From a virus: a stretch of DNA of 64,000 nucleotides. Positions 60,226 through 64,000 of this stretch are shown in pieces; positions within the stretch are counted from its first letter, which is position 1; each line of letters starts with the position of its first letter. The DNA is taken from IMG/VR virus record IMGVR_UViG_3300025276_000021. The stretch is one strand, 5' to 3'. The notes below the pieces were generated by a model that was given only the letters and a program-made list of their open reading frames with translations, did no database searches and was not told where the DNA came from. A program made the translations under genes and the position numbers.

Positions 60226-60357
60226 CTATGTTCCCTTATTTGTTTTTATGTGCTTGTATAGTTGGTAGTAATAATCAAAAGATGCTGGGTAGTTGTCTGG
60301 GTCAGGCAATACTCCTTTAAACATTTTAATAAATTCTTGAATTTCTTTATCTGTCAT
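60226..60357 (-). CDS. Small hypothetical protein (43 aa, not in the ORF track)
   Basis: MTDKEIQEFIKMFKGVLPDPDNYPASFDYYYQLYKHIKTNKGT. Its start overlaps the gp33 stop (ATGA) and it fills the gap exactly. Confidence 0.65.
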   Translation of the reverse strand: MTDKEIQEFIKMFKGVLPDPDNYPASFDYYYQLYKHIKTNKGT

Positions 60358-60584
60358 TCAAAGACTAATTCGTTTTGGCGCGGCAGATAATTAAGTTTCA
60401 TTGCTTCAGCTTCAATTTTTTCTTTAATGACAGGAGATATAAATTTCTTTACATCTTCTGGATCCATATTGTTCATATCGCAGACCTCGACAACAGCATC
60501 AATCCATCCCATCTTTTTGTCTATTACTTGTTCTTCTACCATCTTGCTAAACTTAGCACGATTCATAAAATCTTTCTCTATCAT
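60354..60584 (-). CDS. gp33: Late transcription coactivator
   Basis: FSKMVEE.V...WIDAVV..C....DPE...KFIS..IKEKIEAEA..LNYLPR. Confidence 0.85.
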   Translation of the reverse strand: MIEKDFMNRAKFSKMVEEQVIDKKMGWIDAVVEVCDMNNMDPEDVKKFISPVIKEKIEAEAMKLNYLPRQNELVFE

Positions 60585-61690
60585 TTGTGCATGACCCTTA
60601 AAATTACAGTCTCTTTGTTAAGACGACCGTTTGCTCCGTTTGTTTTTGTAGTCAGATTTGACCACTCTTTATCGATTTGTTTTGCTGTTTTCTTCAACGC
60701 GATTGGCAAAAACACTTCTGGCTTTCTCAGTTTTGTAGAACGCGATAGTTCTACATCAAAGCCCTGCAACGTAGTACCCTTTACGGTAAAGCCGCTGGAA
60801 CGCTCACACACCAACTCAGTCAAGGCTTTATATTTAACATTAAACACTAAGACTCGCATTGCTCCTATGATGTTAGCAGGATCAATTGATGCAATTTTAA
60901 ATTCATTTGAATCTTTAAGATATTGCAATTTCTCTACTTGCTTATCAGCAGTTTTTGCTTTTGGCTTGCGAGTTTTACGAACTGCTTTTTTCGCAGTCAT
61001 AAATTTTTCTGCATCCGAAACGATCTGCTCTAAAAAGTTCATATATTGCTTTGGCTGCCGCTTTGACATATAAGAATATGCTTCAACCAAATCTTCTGTT
61101 TTGTCCACAATTAATTCGCGGAGTTCTGCAATCTGAGGTTTGTAATAATCACAAACAGCCTTAGCTGTATTATATGGCGCATCAATTTTTTTCAATTCAT
61201 CATATACAGAATATGATTTATCATCTATCATCGTATCCCAAGAGTCAACGACATTATCAATCTCAGCAATAAAATCTGAAGTGCGTTCTTTTACAATCTC
61301 TTGGATACTTTTACGAACAACAACGCCTTCTGTCGGCTCTTTTTCTTTTTCAGCCTGCCGCGCTGCACCGCGTTGAATCAATTCATCAGTATGTTTCTTG
61401 AATACTTTTTCTGCATCCCAGTAGCTAGGAAAATCACGACCGCTTTCTTTCCAAGCAATTGTAGAGGCGAGTAGAGGAACACCAGAGAATGCCCAGTCTG
61501 GAGCGTCTAGTGCTATCTTAGCATCTTCCTTAGAAAGTGTAGCTTTGAGATAAGTTTTAATTTTAGATACAACATCTTTTTTATCAACGTCTACTCGGAC
61601 ATAATCATTGAAGTCGCGGAAGTTGCCGATAGGAGCTGCCGCAAAACCTGTTCGTGCTTTACGAGTAAATGTTTTTCTTTTCTTAGCCAT
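60581..61690 (-). CDS. Conserved T4-like hypothetical protein
   Basis: SIDP..IIGA..V.VFNVKY..L, GFTVKGTTL, KLRKPE and NGRLN. It lies next to gp33. Confidence 0.75.
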   Translation of the reverse strand: MAKKRKTFTRKARTGFAAAPIGNFRDFNDYVRVDVDKKDVVSKIKTYLKATLSKEDAKIALDAPDWAFSGVPLLASTIAWKESGRDFPSYWDAEKVFKKHTDELIQRGAARQAEKEKEPTEGVVVRKSIQEIVKERTSDFIAEIDNVVDSWDTMIDDKSYSVYDELKKIDAPYNTAKAVCDYYKPQIAELRELIVDKTEDLVEAYSYMSKRQPKQYMNFLEQIVSDAEKFMTAKKAVRKTRKPKAKTADKQVEKLQYLKDSNEFKIASIDPANIIGAMRVLVFNVKYKALTELVCERSSGFTVKGTTLQGFDVELSRSTKLRKPEVFLPIALKKTAKQIDKEWSNLTTKTNGANGRLNKETVILRVMHK

Positions 61691-61720
61691 AACGATTCGC
61701 TTTCTATATTTGATAATAAC

Positions 61721-61749
61721 AGTATCGCATATTTAATCAGCTTTGTCAA
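61721..61749 (-). promoter_or_regulatory. Probable sigma70-type promoter
   Basis: TTGACA, 17-bp spacer, then GATACT preceded by TGn, upstream of 61690. Confidence 0.5.
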
Positions 61750-62026
61750 CCTTTAATTTAGCTAATTTAGCTAAAATAGTTACTTTCATTTCATCTTCTA
61801 GTTTTATCAATTCAATATCACCATCGTCATCCTCAACGGAAAGTAAATAGCCATCTTCGATCAATCTATCTACACAGTGATCAATAGCTGCTTCTACCAC
61901 CTCTTCCTGTCTTTCTTTTACAGAATCTTCTATAACTTTAAGAATTGTGTGCCTACCGTAATAATACGATAGACACATTACCGCAGTAGTGATAAAGCTA
62001 ACTGCATATAAATCAACGGAAATCAA
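61733..62026 (-). CDS. Hypothetical protein with an N-terminal transmembrane segment
   Basis: 97 aa with a hydrophobic N-terminus. It overlaps the upstream gene. Confidence 0.6.
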   Translation of the reverse strand: MISVDLYAVSFITTAVMCLSYYYGRHTILKVIEDSVKERQEEVVEAAIDHCVDRLIEDGYLLSVEDDDGDIELIKLEDEMKVTILAKLAKLKVDKAD

Positions 62027-62274
62027 CTCAGGCGCTCAAACGAAATGAGTGCTGACGGCTTAAATGCTCTCCAAGCGTCCTTATCAGTGCACCAAACAGA
62101 AACGCTATCTGTCTCTTTACTGCTATCTTTTTCGACAATAGGTTTGTCAGATACAGGCATCAATGAGGTCATAAGTGTGCAGGGCATTACCCGCTTGTCA
62201 CCGTTTACTTTAGTGAAGGTTACGTTATAAACTCCGGTCTGGAGTTGATCGATTAGTTCCGATTTACTTAGCAT
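62023..62274 (-). CDS. SH3-like beta-barrel (WYL_2/DUF2693-like) protein
   Basis: VTFTKVNGDKRVMPCTL...VWCTDKDAWRAFK. Confidence 0.72.
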   Translation of the reverse strand: MLSKSELIDQLQTGVYNVTFTKVNGDKRVMPCTLMTSLMPVSDKPIVEKDSSKETDSVSVWCTDKDAWRAFKPSALISFERLS

Positions 62275-62303
62275 GTGAATCCTTTCAAATTGCTATACGA
62301 ATC

Positions 62304-62332
62304 ATTATAGTCGATTTTTAAGGTAAAGTCAA
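62304..62332 (-). promoter_or_regulatory. Sigma70-type promoter
   Basis: TTGACT, 17-bp spacer, TATAAT, upstream of 62274. Confidence 0.7.
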
Positions 62333-62335
62333 GAA

Positions 62336-63247
62336 TTATTTCCAAGGATCCCCAGAAAATTTTAATGATGACGCAAGTTTTTGGGACTCCCACTTGGCTC
62401 GCATTTTCATTATTCTGTGCTGACCTGCTGAGATACCTACAGCATCATTGCCTTCTCTTGATAAGACAATATCATTAGTCGCGAGGTATGTCATTCTGCT
62501 ATTAGATAGGGGATCTTCTACCTTTGCACCGACGCGCATACCAGTGATTTTTACATACCGAGGATACGTTTCATTTGCATCCATCCAATCATCTAAAACA
62601 AAACTTAGCAAATCCTCTTGATTCATTTTAGATAATTTAGTGTAGAGTTTTTCACGGATTTCATTTAAAACTTTTTTACTATGGTGATCAATGCTATCCA
62701 CTATCGCAAATGAAAGTTGACCGCGCATCATAATTTCTTTTCGATCTTTTGTTTTCTCTGGCAGCGATTTATTATTCCTAAGCAATTCCTCTATACCTGC
62801 ATTGACACACTCTTTAAATTTAAGACCCAATCTCTTTTGTATAGTTCCTGCTCCGGGATTTTTAAATCCAATATCACTCATACGTTTTGTCGATTTAGCT
62901 GATAGCCCTAGAAATTCGCCACCTCGAAATTTAACTAATATATCAGTTGGATTTTTTCTACTATCAACAGGTCTACCAACAGCTTCAGCTAAAACTCCAG
63001 GTCTTGCTGTCCACCAGACTTTCTCTATTATTCCGGTGTAGCCGTTTGATCTTGACCACTTGAGTATTTCCTTGGACATTGCTTCCGCTTTAGCTGTCTG
63101 ATCGTCGTACACTGCTTGACCGACTTTAGCTAATTTTGTTTTAAGTTGTTTTTTAGCTTCCGCGCTAGATTTAAACTTAGCCCAATTATCACTCAAATAC
63201 CAACCTAGCTGTATTTCGTTTATGTCTGCAGCATCGGTATTAGACAT
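62336..63247 (-). CDS. Putative PD-(D/E)xK restriction-endonuclease-like protein
   Basis: N-terminal INE, then NPTDILVKF...GLSAK. Confidence 0.55.
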   Translation of the reverse strand: MSNTDAADINEIQLGWYLSDNWAKFKSSAEAKKQLKTKLAKVGQAVYDDQTAKAEAMSKEILKWSRSNGYTGIIEKVWWTARPGVLAEAVGRPVDSRKNPTDILVKFRGGEFLGLSAKSTKRMSDIGFKNPGAGTIQKRLGLKFKECVNAGIEELLRNNKSLPEKTKDRKEIMMRGQLSFAIVDSIDHHSKKVLNEIREKLYTKLSKMNQEDLLSFVLDDWMDANETYPRYVKITGMRVGAKVEDPLSNSRMTYLATNDIVLSREGNDAVGISAGQHRIMKMRAKWESQKLASSLKFSGDPWK

Positions 63248-63991
63248 TTAAAATACTACCACTTCACCCTTCGATGATTTTTTATCTGTCACGACTAATC
63301 TACCAGCACTATCTCCTCTAGATGGAGACTTACCGTAGATTTTCGGTGTATTATTCTTATCAGATGCCTCAGGGTCAAATCGCTGGTCTATTCTTCTAGC
63401 TCTGAGTCTGAAATAAAGATTTTTAGATTTTGCGTATTTTTTAGAATTTATACATTTTCCGTTGACTGTAAGTTTACCATTTTCAAATTTTCCAGTAACA
63501 TCCATTGGTCCGATGTACATATAATGTATAGGTCCGCCCATCGATTTGTTACCAACAACTAATAATAGCTTATCTTTATCATTCAAATCTCCGAATGTAT
63601 CAGGAACTTTATCTCCTAAATTTAGACCTTTTTTAATTAGATTGTCGTATGCAGCACGAAAAAATTTAGCACCGATACCGGGTATAATAGCTTCAATTCC
63701 TCTTAGTCCGCCACCAGCAAGTGATGGTGCACTAGGACCTTTCATAGAAAGATTTAGAATTTTGGTTGATGTTATGAGTTTAATATCTGTATAAGGCTCT
63801 GATCCAGACTCTTGGCGACCTTCAAATTTCTCAGCCTTTAATACATTCTTTATAGTCGCGTCTTTTGTTATCAATGTTATAGGTCTATCATCATTCATCT
63901 TAACAGAAGTATTTACCAATTCGACAAATGCAGTTTCTTGCCGTTCGGCTGAAAGTCCTGCTTCTGCTAAATGTGCCTTAAAACTTTTCAT
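63248..63991 (-). CDS. Putative PD-(D/E)xK nuclease-like protein with a capsid-targeting-like N-terminus
   Basis: MKSFKAHLAE start, then ERQE and EPYTDIKL...LSMKG. Confidence 0.55.
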   Translation of the reverse strand: MKSFKAHLAEAGLSAERQETAFVELVNTSVKMNDDRPITLITKDATIKNVLKAEKFEGRQESGSEPYTDIKLITSTKILNLSMKGPSAPSLAGGGLRGIEAIIPGIGAKFFRAAYDNLIKKGLNLGDKVPDTFGDLNDKDKLLLVVGNKSMGGPIHYMYIGPMDVTGKFENGKLTVNGKCINSKKYAKSKNLYFRLRARRIDQRFDPEASDKNNTPKIYGKSPSRGDSAGRLVVTDKKSSKGEVVVF

Positions 63992-64000
63992 TTTATAGTC

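Noticed and set aside
514-63794. Many short ORFs antisense to, or nested in, long genes (for example 514-936, 22205-22753, 60375-61073, 57044-57424)
   Set aside because: They are shadows of codon bias and repeats in well-supported genes on the other strand or frame, with no recognisable motifs.
1-64000. tRNA/rRNA genes, introns, inteins, homing endonucleases and intrinsic terminators
   Set aside because: Intergenic gaps are very short and I recognised no such motifs by eye. tRNAscan-SE or Infernal would be needed to exclude them.

Overview
This window is a 64-kb segment of a large T4-like (Tevenvirinae-related, probably aquatic) myovirus genome. Most genes are on the minus strand. From right to left: (1) early genes with host sigma70-type promoters, including two PD-(D/E)xK-like proteins, gp33 and the gp32 SSB; (2) a plus-strand block of gp4, gp2, tail tube initiator, gp26/gp51 and a tape-measure-like gene; (3) baseplate genes: gp48, gp53, hub, a gp5 split into three genes, gp25, gp6, gp7-like, gp8 and a split VrlC/DUF4815 protein; (4) a long tail-fibre/adhesin region with two subtilisin-like proteases, ending in a 5142-aa giant fibre. 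The standout is an 8-kb, 11-gene operon (26548-34587) lying between two paralogous fibre genes and carrying its own perfect sigma70 promoter. It encodes four radical SAM enzymes with C-terminal Cys clusters, three Fe(II)/2OG-type oxygenases, three orphan proteins and a 275-aa protein ending in VCHSSCHSSCHSARGRR. This looks like a phage-encoded RiPP-like or virion-protein post-translational modification system. Other notable signals are a strong Asp-Ser motif enrichment confined to certain virion proteins, a probable -1 frameshift joining gp26 to gp51, and a back-to-back antisense promoter. All family assignments come from motifs recognised by eye. No database searches were run.
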